In this document: piece by piece, positions 30,762-39,206 of the stretch
Layout: every line of letters starts with the position of its first letter
Numbering within the stretch: the first letter of the stretch is position 1
Assembly: GCA_030647415.1 (NCBI GenBank)
Contig: JAUSKB010000026.1
Coordinates: 74,894 to 138,893 of the forward strand
Direction: 5' to 3'
DNA: 64,000 bases
Source: a bacterium
GTDB taxonomy: Bacteria; Patescibacteriota; Minisyncoccia; UBA6257; GWB1-50-10
Translations under genes and position numbers: made by a program
Notes under the pieces: model-generated
What the model was told of the DNA's origin: nothing
The model's input: the letters and a program-made list of their open reading frames with translations, nothing else
Databases searched by the model: none

Positions 30762-32141
30762 ATGCATACTGATAACCGTAAACCGCTAACCCTGCTTGTC
30801 GCCCTCGTTGCGGCAACGACGGCGCTCCGACTCGTGAACCTTTCATACCCCGCGAGTCCCGTGTTCGACGAGGCACACTTCGCGACCTACGCGTCCAACT
30901 ACGCGGTCGGGCGGCCATTTTTCGACATCCACCCGCCACTCGGGAAGCTCCTCTATGCACTGCCACTCCTCGGCGCATCCCCAGAAGCGCGCGACATTGA
31001 ATTTATCCGTTTCGGCGTTCAACCCGGCGAACGGTTCACCACGCTTTCCACGAACCGGACCCAGTACGACGCGTTCCCGTACGTCTCGCTCCGGCTCCTT
31101 TCGGTACTCTTCGGCGCACTCCTCATCGTAGCCGTCTACGCCTTCCTCACCGCTCTCTCCGGCAGCCAGGTCGTCGGCCTCCTCGGCGCGCTCTTCGTCG
31201 CGCTCGACAGCGCCTTCGCGGTCGAGGCGCGCGGCATATTCTTGAACTCGCTCTTCCTCGCGCTCGGCTTCTTCGCGCTCGCGGCGGTCGCTCAGAACCG
31301 ACCGCGGCATCTCGCGGGCGGCGCGCTCCTGGGGCTCGCGCTTGCCGTGAAGCTCATCGCCATCGTCTTCGTGCCCGCCTTTATACTGCTCCTCTACGAC
31401 CCGCGGCGCGAGGCGGAGGACCGGGCGCAGGCGCGCCGCCGGGCCGAACGGGGGCTCGCCGCCACGTTCGTGGTACTTACCTGCTTCCTCGTGCTCCCGA
31501 ACAGCTTTATATTCTCCGCACGCGAGCGCCTGGACATCTACCGCGGCATCCCGGTGGCGACGACCACCCCGAGCCGCGCGATACTACTCGGCCGGGAAGC
31601 TATGGAGCGGGTTCCCGCCCTAAAGCACGTCGCGCTCTCCGCATTCGAGTTCGAGCTCTCGATCGCCGGGTACACCGTGGGGGCGCCACCACACACCTAC
31701 CAAAGCGCCTGGTACCGCTGGCCGTTTGCCGCAGGCCCCATGCCGTACTATCTCCAACGGGACCGTGAAGGCGAGGGGGTCATCGCGCTCGCAGGGAACC
31801 CCGCGGTCTGGGGGCTCGCGCTAGGCCTCATGCTCGCGTCGGTTGCGCTCATGCGCCGCTTCCGGGACGATATTGAAAAGGGGTGGCCGCTTTTCGTGCT
31901 CATCGTGGGGTACCTTTCCTCGCTCCTGCCCTTTGCCCTCATCGCCCGTTCAACTTTCATGTACCACTACTTCCCCGCCCTCCTTTTTTCCATCGGTATT
32001 GCCGCGCTCTTCCTCAAGGACTTCTTCGACCGGGTGGACCCCCGAACCGCGCGCGCGGTCGGGCTCATCCTCGTCATCGCCCTCCTCGCGGGCTTCTGGC
32101 TCATATTGCCCTACACGCTGGGGCTGGCGTCGTTTGCATAA
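30762..32141 (+). CDS. Protein O-mannosyltransferase (PMT, GT-C)
   Basis: VFDEAHF, FDIHPPLGK, HTYQSAWYRWP, GNPAVW, FMYHYFP. Confidence 0.9.
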   Translation: MHTDNRKPLTLLVALVAATTALRLVNLSYPASPVFDEAHFATYASNYAVGRPFFDIHPPLGKLLYALPLLGASPEARDIEFIRFGVQPGERFTTLSTNRTQYDAFPYVSLRLLSVLFGALLIVAVYAFLTALSGSQVVGLLGALFVALDSAFAVEARGIFLNSLFLALGFFALAAVAQNRPRHLAGGALLGLALAVKLIAIVFVPAFILLLYDPRREAEDRAQARRRAERGLAATFVVLTCFLVLPNSFIFSARERLDIYRGIPVATTTPSRAILLGREAMERVPALKHVALSAFEFELSIAGYTVGAPPHTYQSAWYRWPFAAGPMPYYLQRDREGEGVIALAGNPAVWGLALGLMLASVALMRRFRDDIEKGWPLFVLIVGYLSSLLPFALIARSTFMYHYFPALLFSIGIAALFLKDFFDRVDPRTARAVGLILVIALLAGFWLILPYTLGLASFA

Positions 32142-32155
32142 GAAAAAGGATTTAC

Positions 32156-32254
32156 CCTGTTAGAGTTTTACAAACACTTTAGTTATATGCATTTGGTTGG
32201 TACCGCATACCACCGGTATCAAGCATAGTAGTGTGCGTGTAAAACTCTAACAGG
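32156..32254. repeat. 100-bp inverted-repeat element copy 6
   Basis: cctgttagagttttaca ... tgtaaaactctaacagg. Confidence 0.9.
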
Positions 32255-32278
32255 GTAAAAGAAAAAGGAGGGATTTAC

Positions 32279-32378
32279 CCTGTTAGAAATTTACATACAC
32301 CCATACCACATGATGTCGTCTGTCTCCTGAAACTGCACCGTATTCATGAATACGGTGTGCGTGTAAATTTCTAATAGG
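32279..32378. repeat. 100-bp inverted-repeat element copy 7
   Basis: cctgttagaaatttaca ... tgtaaatttctaatagg. Confidence 0.88.
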
Positions 32379-32446
32379 GAAGCAAAAGCCCCGCTCTGGT
32401 TTTCCAGAAACGGGGCTACAACTTTGCCTGCTTCAGCACAAGATAC

Positions 32447-33442
32447 TTATTTCTTGTGCACCCATACGCTTACGCGCACGGGATTTGTATCGCCGGTCAG
32501 CCGCTTGAGCCGAAGCGGCTGGGTTTGCTCAGCCTGCTTCAGCATCGCCAAGCTGTAAAACCCGCGCGCGCCGGTCACACGGTCGCGATAGTCATCCCCA
32601 CTCTTGGTTTTGACTACCACCTCGAACGAGACTGGGCTCTCCACCTCGAGGTAATGGAGAGTGTCGAGTCCTATCGTCGTTGTTACCACGCTGTCGCTCG
32701 TGAGAACGACGGTGGTTTCCCGCGCCGCAGGCAAATACATCCCAGGCCGCGCGCCGTCGACCCTCGCGAGGTCGCCGACATGCTCTTCCGGCACACCGGC
32801 ACTGGAACCGATGCCCGCAGCTGACACTGGCTGCTCGGTTTTTCCCCACCGTAGCAATCTGGCCATCCAGTCGCCGAGCGATGAGAATCCATCGCCCGCC
32901 GCCTCCCTCACCTGCGGGAAGAGAAGTAGGAACAGACTAAATCCAATCACCCACTTCATTTTCCCATATAATGCTTTCGCATTTTTTATGAGGTCTTCTT
33001 TCAAGAAAAAGACTCGCGACAGGAGAAACATAACGATTATTGCCAAAACAATGGCCGTAAGAAGCACCTGATCCGTTACCGGCTGGTGATCGCGCATTGC
33101 GATAACCATACCGATGAACGAAATGCCAACCGCGAGGGCCATATTAGCCCCCAAGAGGAAAAAGAAATTCCGCCAGAACTTCCCTCCATCGGTCATCTCG
33201 ATGAGGATGTAGAGCGCTGGGTACCGGAACTTCCAAATGAGGATATACGCGATAAGACACAGGACCACGATTGCGATCGTCCCCATTCCAACGGTGACCC
33301 CGTTGAGAAGCAGTACCAGCTGAACCAGAGGGAATCCAACAATCAGAATGAGCGCGACGCGCACCCACCAGTTGCCAGTATCCCACACATCTATAACCCA
33401 CTGCCACACCCCGCCGAAAAACCCCGAAAGTGCTGGATTCAT
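32447..33442 (-). CDS. Hypothetical polytopic membrane protein
   Basis: About 5 TM segments plus soluble tail; coupled to upstream ORF (ATGA overlap). Confidence 0.75.
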   Translation of the reverse strand: MNPALSGFFGGVWQWVIDVWDTGNWWVRVALILIVGFPLVQLVLLLNGVTVGMGTIAIVVLCLIAYILIWKFRYPALYILIEMTDGGKFWRNFFFLLGANMALAVGISFIGMVIAMRDHQPVTDQVLLTAIVLAIIVMFLLSRVFFLKEDLIKNAKALYGKMKWVIGFSLFLLLFPQVREAAGDGFSSLGDWMARLLRWGKTEQPVSAAGIGSSAGVPEEHVGDLARVDGARPGMYLPAARETTVVLTSDSVVTTTIGLDTLHYLEVESPVSFEVVVKTKSGDDYRDRVTGARGFYSLAMLKQAEQTQPLRLKRLTGDTNPVRVSVWVHKK

Positions 33443-34404
33443 GGTAAATCTCCTTCCCCAAATTTTTTCATGAGCTCGTCCCGGTATCTCCGGGCGCGCT
33501 CCTCTTCCGTTTCGAAGAGTCGTCCAATGGTTCTTCTGATAAAGCCGCCGCGAGCCGCTTTCACAGCATCCCGCTCGGCACGCTCGCTTTCTCTCCGGGT
33601 GCGCATTTCTTTTCGGATTTCTGCCGCGCGCGCCTGAAACTCCGCCCTCTTCTCGAGACGCTGGAGTTTCTTTTCCTCCCGCTCCTCTTCGGCCCTCCCC
33701 ATGTACTTCTTCCTACCCCATGGGTCCCGGACCCACTCTTGCCGTTCGCGAGCCGCTTTCATGCTCGTGGTCCGATTGTTCCACTTTTTCTCCTCCTCGG
33801 GAGTAATGGTGGTCCAATCCTTCCAGACCTCTCCGAGTTTTTGTCGGAGCTCGGTAAACCATTCGCCGAATGATTGAAACTTTTCGGTCTTTTCCCCCTC
33901 ACTGGGGGAGGTTTCCCTTTCGTCCTTCCCGACAACTTTTTCCTTGAAGAGTGCGGCGAGCACGTCCGCGAACTCCACCTCGAGCATCACCTGCTTGATG
34001 ATCTCGGCGGTATCATCCGCATTCTTTGCTTTCGAAAACCGGCCGATGAGTTCCTTTTTGTACTCATTCGACCAGACATCAAAAAGCTTCTGTGTTTGAT
34101 CCTTGGGAAGCTCCGCGCTCGTGTGCGGATTGTCGTGCCCGAGCTTGCCGCTCAGGAAGTCCCCAAAATCGGTCATCTTTTCGACGACCGGACCGAGGTA
34201 TGGTCCCATGAACTTCGCAAACGACTCGACAACTCCCTTCGTCACTGCAAAGATCGTACGGAACTCTTTGGTCCGAAGAAAGCTGTCTGGGCGAATTCTT
34301 TTCTCGACCACATCAGCAAGGTTGTCGAGAGTCTCATCGGTGAGACCAAGACCACCGCTTACAAGGGCGTCTTTGATTACCGCTTTTGCATCTATGGTGG
34401 CCAT
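33439..34404 (-). CDS. Hypothetical charged coiled-coil protein
   Basis: AAAGGAGG SD, 321 aa. Confidence 0.75.
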   Translation of the reverse strand: MATIDAKAVIKDALVSGGLGLTDETLDNLADVVEKRIRPDSFLRTKEFRTIFAVTKGVVESFAKFMGPYLGPVVEKMTDFGDFLSGKLGHDNPHTSAELPKDQTQKLFDVWSNEYKKELIGRFSKAKNADDTAEIIKQVMLEVEFADVLAALFKEKVVGKDERETSPSEGEKTEKFQSFGEWFTELRQKLGEVWKDWTTITPEEEKKWNNRTTSMKAARERQEWVRDPWGRKKYMGRAEEEREEKKLQRLEKRAEFQARAAEIRKEMRTRRESERAERDAVKAARGGFIRRTIGRLFETEEERARRYRDELMKKFGEGDLP

Positions 34405-34455
34405 AGTGGCCTCCTTTCATTTTTGTGATTATTGAGTTGTGTATATTCTGGCGCA

Positions 34456-34484
34456 ATTATAGCAGTTTTGTATAAAATTGTCAA
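34456..34484 (-). promoter_or_regulatory. Consensus sigma70 promoter
   Basis: TTGACA-N17-TATAAT exact on minus strand. Confidence 0.75.
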
Positions 34485-34711
34485 ATGCGCCGGTTTGTGG
34501 TGCAATCACTGGAGCAAGGCCCCCTTCGTACCTGCATTTCTAGCCTCTGGGCGGTAGGGGGCGCCGGATACCCCTGGCGTACTCCGTTTCACACCCGTAC
34601 CCCGTTCGCCGCCAATCAACCCGGCGACCCCACCCTAGTTCGTTTCCCACCTCCGCCGTCCGCCGCACCCGCCCCCGCCATGCAGTCAGCCTATTCCCGC
34701 GGCGTGCGTTT

Positions 34712-35523
34712 CAGTTGCTAAAATAACTCGACGGCCGTTCTGTTATTTTAGCAGTACTCCAAACACGATATCATACACATATACGCAAAAAACGCGGCGG
34801 CGGGTTGTCGGCGATGATGCGGATGCCGCAATTGGGCTAGACAAGACTCCGGAGTGTGCCGCGTTCGGTCACTGAAAAAATCTGGATGTGTGGAATAAGC
34901 CCAAGTTCGGCCACGTTATCAAGGAGCACCTGCGGGATGACCACTTTCCCGACAAAAACACTCTGCTGCACCTTATGAAAACCGAGCTGTATGAGCACCG
35001 CCCGAAGCCAGTCACGCTTCCGGCGCTCCCGTTCCGGAACATCGAATGCGACGATAACAACCTTCTTCGATGGCTCCCCACGGTACCGGTCCGGGGCATA
35101 GGAAACGGCGAGATTACTACGAAACTCAACCAAACGCTCGAGGCCAAATTTGGTGAGTATGAGCTTCGCCGCGCCGCCGGAAACACGGGTTTCGGCGACA
35201 AGCCCCGTCTTTTTGAGGTGGGTGAGCATACTCCAGTACCGTTGCCACTCGCGGCTCGATTCTTTCGCGAGTTCGCGGTCTCTGACAAGCTCTCCGCGAA
35301 CCCGCTCGAACGATCCGCGCGATGCGCCGCAGGGGAGCACGAGCATCGCGATGCCGAGGTCCATGACACTTAATGCCGCGCCTTCGAGCGCTTCAAGGAT
35401 CGCCTTTGTCTTTGCACCACGCACCACCCGCTGTTCCGGCACTCTTTTCTTCTTTGGCGCCATCTTCTTAGTATACTCCGCTGCTAAAATTATCCAACGG
35501 CCGTTCGGTTATTTTAGCAACTG
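34712..35523. mobile_element. Putative cassette: PaaX/Cas2-like gene between inverted 43-bp palindromes
   Basis: cagttgctaaaataac..acggccgtt..ttttagcag at 34712-34754 and inverted at 35481-35523. Confidence 0.55.
34837..35463 (-). CDS. PaaX-like protein (wHTH plus Cas2-like domain)
   Basis: LKKTGLV..LTKFG, then IVAFDVPERERRKRDWLR..LGF..VQQSVF. Confidence 0.8.
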   Translation of the reverse strand: MAPKKKRVPEQRVVRGAKTKAILEALEGAALSVMDLGIAMLVLPCGASRGSFERVRGELVRDRELAKESSREWQRYWSMLTHLKKTGLVAETRVSGGAAKLILTKFGLERLVEFRSNLAVSYAPDRYRGEPSKKVVIVAFDVPERERRKRDWLRAVLIQLGFHKVQQSVFVGKVVIPQVLLDNVAELGLIPHIQIFSVTERGTLRSLV

Positions 35524-35640
35524 TCATACTCACCCCTCCGTGTGGTTTCGCGGAGTGTGTATGTAGTGTGCGGCCTCGTGCACCCGGCGCGGTGGTTTCC
35601 GCTTTGACCACAGGGTATGCTGAACTTCAGGCGATACAAT

Positions 35641-35661
35641 GCCCGAGTGGTGAAACTAGCA
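35641..35661 (+). pseudogene. tRNA-Leu-like 5' fragment
   Basis: gcccgagtggtgaaactagca, 16/21 identical to the 5' end of the downstream tRNA. Confidence 0.55.
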
Positions 35662-35707
35662 TTCACCCCGCGTCATTTCTACGCTAGACTAATTGTGTAT
35701 AAAGGGG

Positions 35708-35792
35708 GGGCGAGTGGCGGAACTGGCAGACGCGCACGGTTTAGGGCCGTGTTCCGAAAGGAGTGTGGGTTCGACCCCCACCTCGCCCACCA
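35708..35792 (+). tRNA. tRNA-Leu (anticodon UAG)
   Basis: gggcgag/ctcgccc, cacgg-tt-TAG-gg-ccgtg, long variable arm, CCA. Confidence 0.93.
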
Positions 35793-35830
35793 ATACATTA
35801 CATTCCCCCTGTTAGCACTCGGTTGAGTAT

Positions 35831-37018
35831 ATGAAAAATGTTTTTATCAAAAAGACATGCGGTGCTCTCCTCGCGCTCATCGCACTGGGGGCCGCACTTC
35901 TTCTTATTAAAAATAGTTTGAATAATCCATGGGAGCAGTTCTCGCTCCAAACACGGAGCTTCCTTGAGGGGCACCTTTACATCCCGCCGCAATCGTTTGA
36001 TACTGCCGTTCATGATGGCAGACACTACTGGCCACAGGGACCATTTCCCTCAATCACGCTCATCCCCGGCCAACTTATTTTCGGACCAGAATTCACTCAA
36101 GGAGCGATGCAGGGTGTACTTGTTGTCATCCTCGCAACGCTCCTCTACAAACTCACACGTCTCAAACACTACAGCCGTGAGAGTGCGGTCTATCTCGCCG
36201 CCGCTTTTCTCCTTAGCTCGCCCGCAGTGGGCGTCATCGTTCACCCAGGGAGCTGGTACTTTTCCCAGGTGGTGACACTCACCCTTCTTGTTGCCCTCCT
36301 CTTTGAGTGGGAAATGAAACGCCGCCCGCTCCTTATGGGATTGCTCGTCGCCGCACTCATTGCAACCCGCCCGACAGCTGCCTTCTTCGGTCTTATTATT
36401 GTCTTCGCGCTCATCTCAAAAAAACATGCGGAGCGCGTGCTGACAGTACGCACGTTCGCTTCGTTTCTCATTCCGATTTTAATCACTGCCGCCACCCTGC
36501 TGTGGCTGAACTATGCCCGTTTCGGAAATCCGTTTGATAACGGATATGCAACAAATCACCTTGGCTCACCGCTCCTTGAGAACATGCGGACGGATGGCGT
36601 CTTTAATATACTATACATACCACGCAATATATTCTTTTACTTTTTCATGCCGTTTTTCAATACAGGTGAAGCCGGTTCGCCGCTCACGTTTCCATTCGTC
36701 ACATACAGTTCGTGGGGATTGAGTTTTTTTATTGTTGCCCCATTCTTCCTCTATGCGGCGAAATCGCTCCGATTACAGGAGCCGTTTATAAAACAACTCT
36801 GGCTCACCGTCGCGCTTACCCTTCTCGTTCTTTTGAGTTTCGCATTCCCCGGTGCCGCGCAATTCGGCCCACGGTACATACTTGATCTCGTTCCGCTTCT
36901 GTATCTTCTCATACTCTATGGGCTCACTCCGCCCGACCTCACGCGCACGCATCAGTTTATTATCCTCACAAGCGGTCTTTTTAATGTCTATTTATTAGCT
37001 ACGTCGCCGTTTGCGTAA
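35831..37018 (+). CDS. Polytopic membrane protein, probable GT-C glycosyltransferase
   Basis: About 10 TM; DGRHY..GPFP, NYARFGNPFDNGY, QFGPRY motifs. Confidence 0.65.
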   Translation: MKNVFIKKTCGALLALIALGAALLLIKNSLNNPWEQFSLQTRSFLEGHLYIPPQSFDTAVHDGRHYWPQGPFPSITLIPGQLIFGPEFTQGAMQGVLVVILATLLYKLTRLKHYSRESAVYLAAAFLLSSPAVGVIVHPGSWYFSQVVTLTLLVALLFEWEMKRRPLLMGLLVAALIATRPTAAFFGLIIVFALISKKHAERVLTVRTFASFLIPILITAATLLWLNYARFGNPFDNGYATNHLGSPLLENMRTDGVFNILYIPRNIFFYFFMPFFNTGEAGSPLTFPFVTYSSWGLSFFIVAPFFLYAAKSLRLQEPFIKQLWLTVALTLLVLLSFAFPGAAQFGPRYILDLVPLLYLLILYGLTPPDLTRTHQFIILTSGLFNVYLLATSPFA

Positions 37019-37735
37019 GTTTGCGCGCCACACGAACTTTTGAAATCGCAGTTTCCACGGCACGATAAGTCCCTCATAAATAATGCGGTTTGAGAGCTTA
37101 GACACACCGTGTGTCCGCCCGGCAAATGTGATGGGAATTTCTGTAATGCGTGCGCCAAGAATATGTGCGCCAATTTTCATTTCCATAAGAAATGCGAATC
37201 CGGTGGATGAGATGGCGTCAAAATCGTACCGCCGCAATAGTTCACCGCGGAAACAGTGGAAGCCGGTGGTCATGTCTCGTACCGGAACCCTAATCACGGT
37301 ACGCGCATACCTGTTTCCCCAACGGCTGAGCATCCGGCGCCAAAAATTCCATGCCACGACACTGCCCCCCACCACATACCGCGAACCAATCACAATATCG
37401 TGTGATTCAAGCGCACGGAGCATGACTGCTATCGTCTTCGGGTCATGCGAAAAATCAGCATCCATCGTGACCACTGCCCACACATCGTTTGTGCGTAAGA
37501 CATCGCGCATTGCTTCAATGTAGGCGCTCCCCAAACCAAACTTTCCGGAGCGCACACGGAGCGCAAGGCGTGGATAGGAGCGCATGAGTTCACGCACGGC
37601 AGATGCCGTACCATCAGGCGAGTTATCATCAATAACGAGTATATAAATTGATGGGTAGAGATTGAAGAGAATAGGTACGAGGCGCACAATGTTTTCTCGT
37701 TCGTTGTAGGTCGGAATAATAATAACGTCTCTCAT
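36995..37735 (-). CDS. Polyprenol monophosphomannose synthase (GT2)
   Basis: IIPTYNERENI, DDNSPDGT, MDADFSHDP, GSRY. Confidence 0.92.
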   Translation of the reverse strand: MRDVIIIPTYNERENIVRLVPILFNLYPSIYILVIDDNSPDGTASAVRELMRSYPRLALRVRSGKFGLGSAYIEAMRDVLRTNDVWAVVTMDADFSHDPKTIAVMLRALESHDIVIGSRYVVGGSVVAWNFWRRMLSRWGNRYARTVIRVPVRDMTTGFHCFRGELLRRYDFDAISSTGFAFLMEMKIGAHILGARITEIPITFAGRTHGVSKLSNRIIYEGLIVPWKLRFQKFVWRANLRKRRRS

Positions 37736-37820
37736 AAAAATAATTGTCGGTGTTTCAATCTTTCTTTTTTTCTGATGTACGTGTGTGTCCTACGTCATTT
37801 AATCTCAAGTCCTACTGCTG

Positions 37821-37994
37821 CTACCGCGCATGGAACATCTCATGCACCTCGCGGAGCTCCTTGTTCGTCAGGTGTGTATACACCTGTATGGTCGTGAGGA
37901 ATCGTCCGCAGTTCTCCCGCGTCATCGCCGAGCGGTTTTTCTCGATCTCTAGGTAGTCGAGGTGTTCCCTTACGAGCCGTTCCGTCTCGGTCAT
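37821..37994 (-). pseudogene. Internally deleted XerC/D-type tyrosine recombinase remnant (57 aa)
   Basis: MTETERLVREHLDYLEIEKNRSAMTREN joined directly to TTIQVYTHLTNKELREVHEMFH. Confidence 0.8.
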
Positions 37995-38007
37995 ACCACT
38001 ACTTTAC

Positions 38008-38106
38008 CCTGTAAGAGTTTTACATACACGCTTTCATTTTGAACATCTATTGCCCTGTAATACGAATGGAACACAGTGAATGGCGTGCTGGTAAAACCCT
38101 AACAAG
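38008..38106. repeat. 100-bp inverted-repeat element copy 8 (degenerate)
   Basis: cctgtaagagttttac ... gtaaaaccctaacaag. Confidence 0.8.
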
Positions 38107-38197
38107 GTGAGCTACAGTATTGCGCAACACGTCGTTTTCCAGTTTCTGAGCTATTTTTGACATTTTTGGGGTTCCTTGGTACCATGAAAACAATCGT

Positions 38198-38464
38198 ATG
38201 CTCTCAAAACGAAAGAAGCAGAATACTATCAAGGAATATGCTCGCCACGCGACCGACACCGGCTCCGCGGAGGTTCAGATCGCGCTCCTCACAAAGCAGA
38301 TTGCGGCGCTCGCAAACCACCTGAAAACACACCCGAAGGACCACCACTCCCGCCGCGGACTCCTCATGATGGTGGGGAACCGTCGGAAGTTCCTTCGGTA
38401 CCTCCAGACCGAGAACGAGACCCGGTATAAAAAACTGGTGAAGAAATTTGAGATTGAGGCCTAA
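38198..38464 (+). CDS. rpsO: 30S ribosomal protein S15
   Basis: DTGSAEVQIALLT, HPKDHHSRRGL. Confidence 0.98.
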   Translation: MLSKRKKQNTIKEYARHATDTGSAEVQIALLTKQIAALANHLKTHPKDHHSRRGLLMMVGNRRKFLRYLQTENETRYKKLVKKFEIEA

Positions 38465-38486
38465 ACGAGCCGGGAGCTGGACACCC

Positions 38487-39194
38487 ATGAATACTTCGCA
38501 GCGGGTCGGTATCTTCATTGACGCGCAAAACCTGTATCACTCCGCAAAGCACCTGCACAACGCGCGGGTGAATTTCGCGGAGTTGGTGTCGGTCGCCGCG
38601 AACGGCCGGACGGTGTTCCGTGCGCTCGCCTATGTGGTGAAAAGTGAGGGGATTGCCACAACCGACGCGGGTTCGACCAACTCACCGCAGGTCGAGCCGG
38701 TGGGGGAGCGATTGTTCTTCGATGCCCTCCGGAACGCCGGTATCGAGCTCCGGTTGAAGGACCTACAGGTCTTTGCGGGCGGCGCGAAGAAGGCGGACTG
38801 GGACGTGGGGCTCGCCGTTGATGCCATCCGTACCGCAGGCGCCTACGACGTGGCAGTACTCGCAACCGGCGACGGCGATTTCGTCCCGCTCATCGAGTAC
38901 CTCCGGTGGGGGCTCGGAAAACAGGTGGAGGTCATCTCATTCGGCAAGGCGACCTCGGGAAAGTTGAAGGAGGCCGCGGACCGCTTCACAGATCTTGATG
39001 ACGTCCGACGGGTCCTTATGCAGCCCGGCTCGCGCGGCGCGCCCCGGCGGCGAGTGCCGCCGGTCGCGCGGAACGCCGTTCGACCTCGAAGAGAACACCG
39101 AGGCGCCCCGCTTCGCCAAAGCTCCAGCCCAGCCTCGACTCGACGTCTCGGCGAGGCGGGCGAGGCGAGACCCGGCGGCAGCCGGCAGCGGTAG
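38487..39194 (+). CDS. NYN domain (LabA-like) protein
   Basis: FIDAQNLYH, KADWDVGLAVDA, GDGDFVP. Confidence 0.9.
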   Translation: MNTSQRVGIFIDAQNLYHSAKHLHNARVNFAELVSVAANGRTVFRALAYVVKSEGIATTDAGSTNSPQVEPVGERLFFDALRNAGIELRLKDLQVFAGGAKKADWDVGLAVDAIRTAGAYDVAVLATGDGDFVPLIEYLRWGLGKQVEVISFGKATSGKLKEAADRFTDLDDVRRVLMQPGSRGAPRRRVPPVARNAVRPRREHRGAPLRQSSSPASTRRLGEAGEARPGGSRQR

Positions 39195-39206
39195 CAATCG
39201 AAAAAC

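Noticed and set aside
34837-35463. CRISPR-associated Cas2
   Set aside because: It has an N-terminal wHTH, and no array or other cas genes are nearby; treated as PaaX-like.
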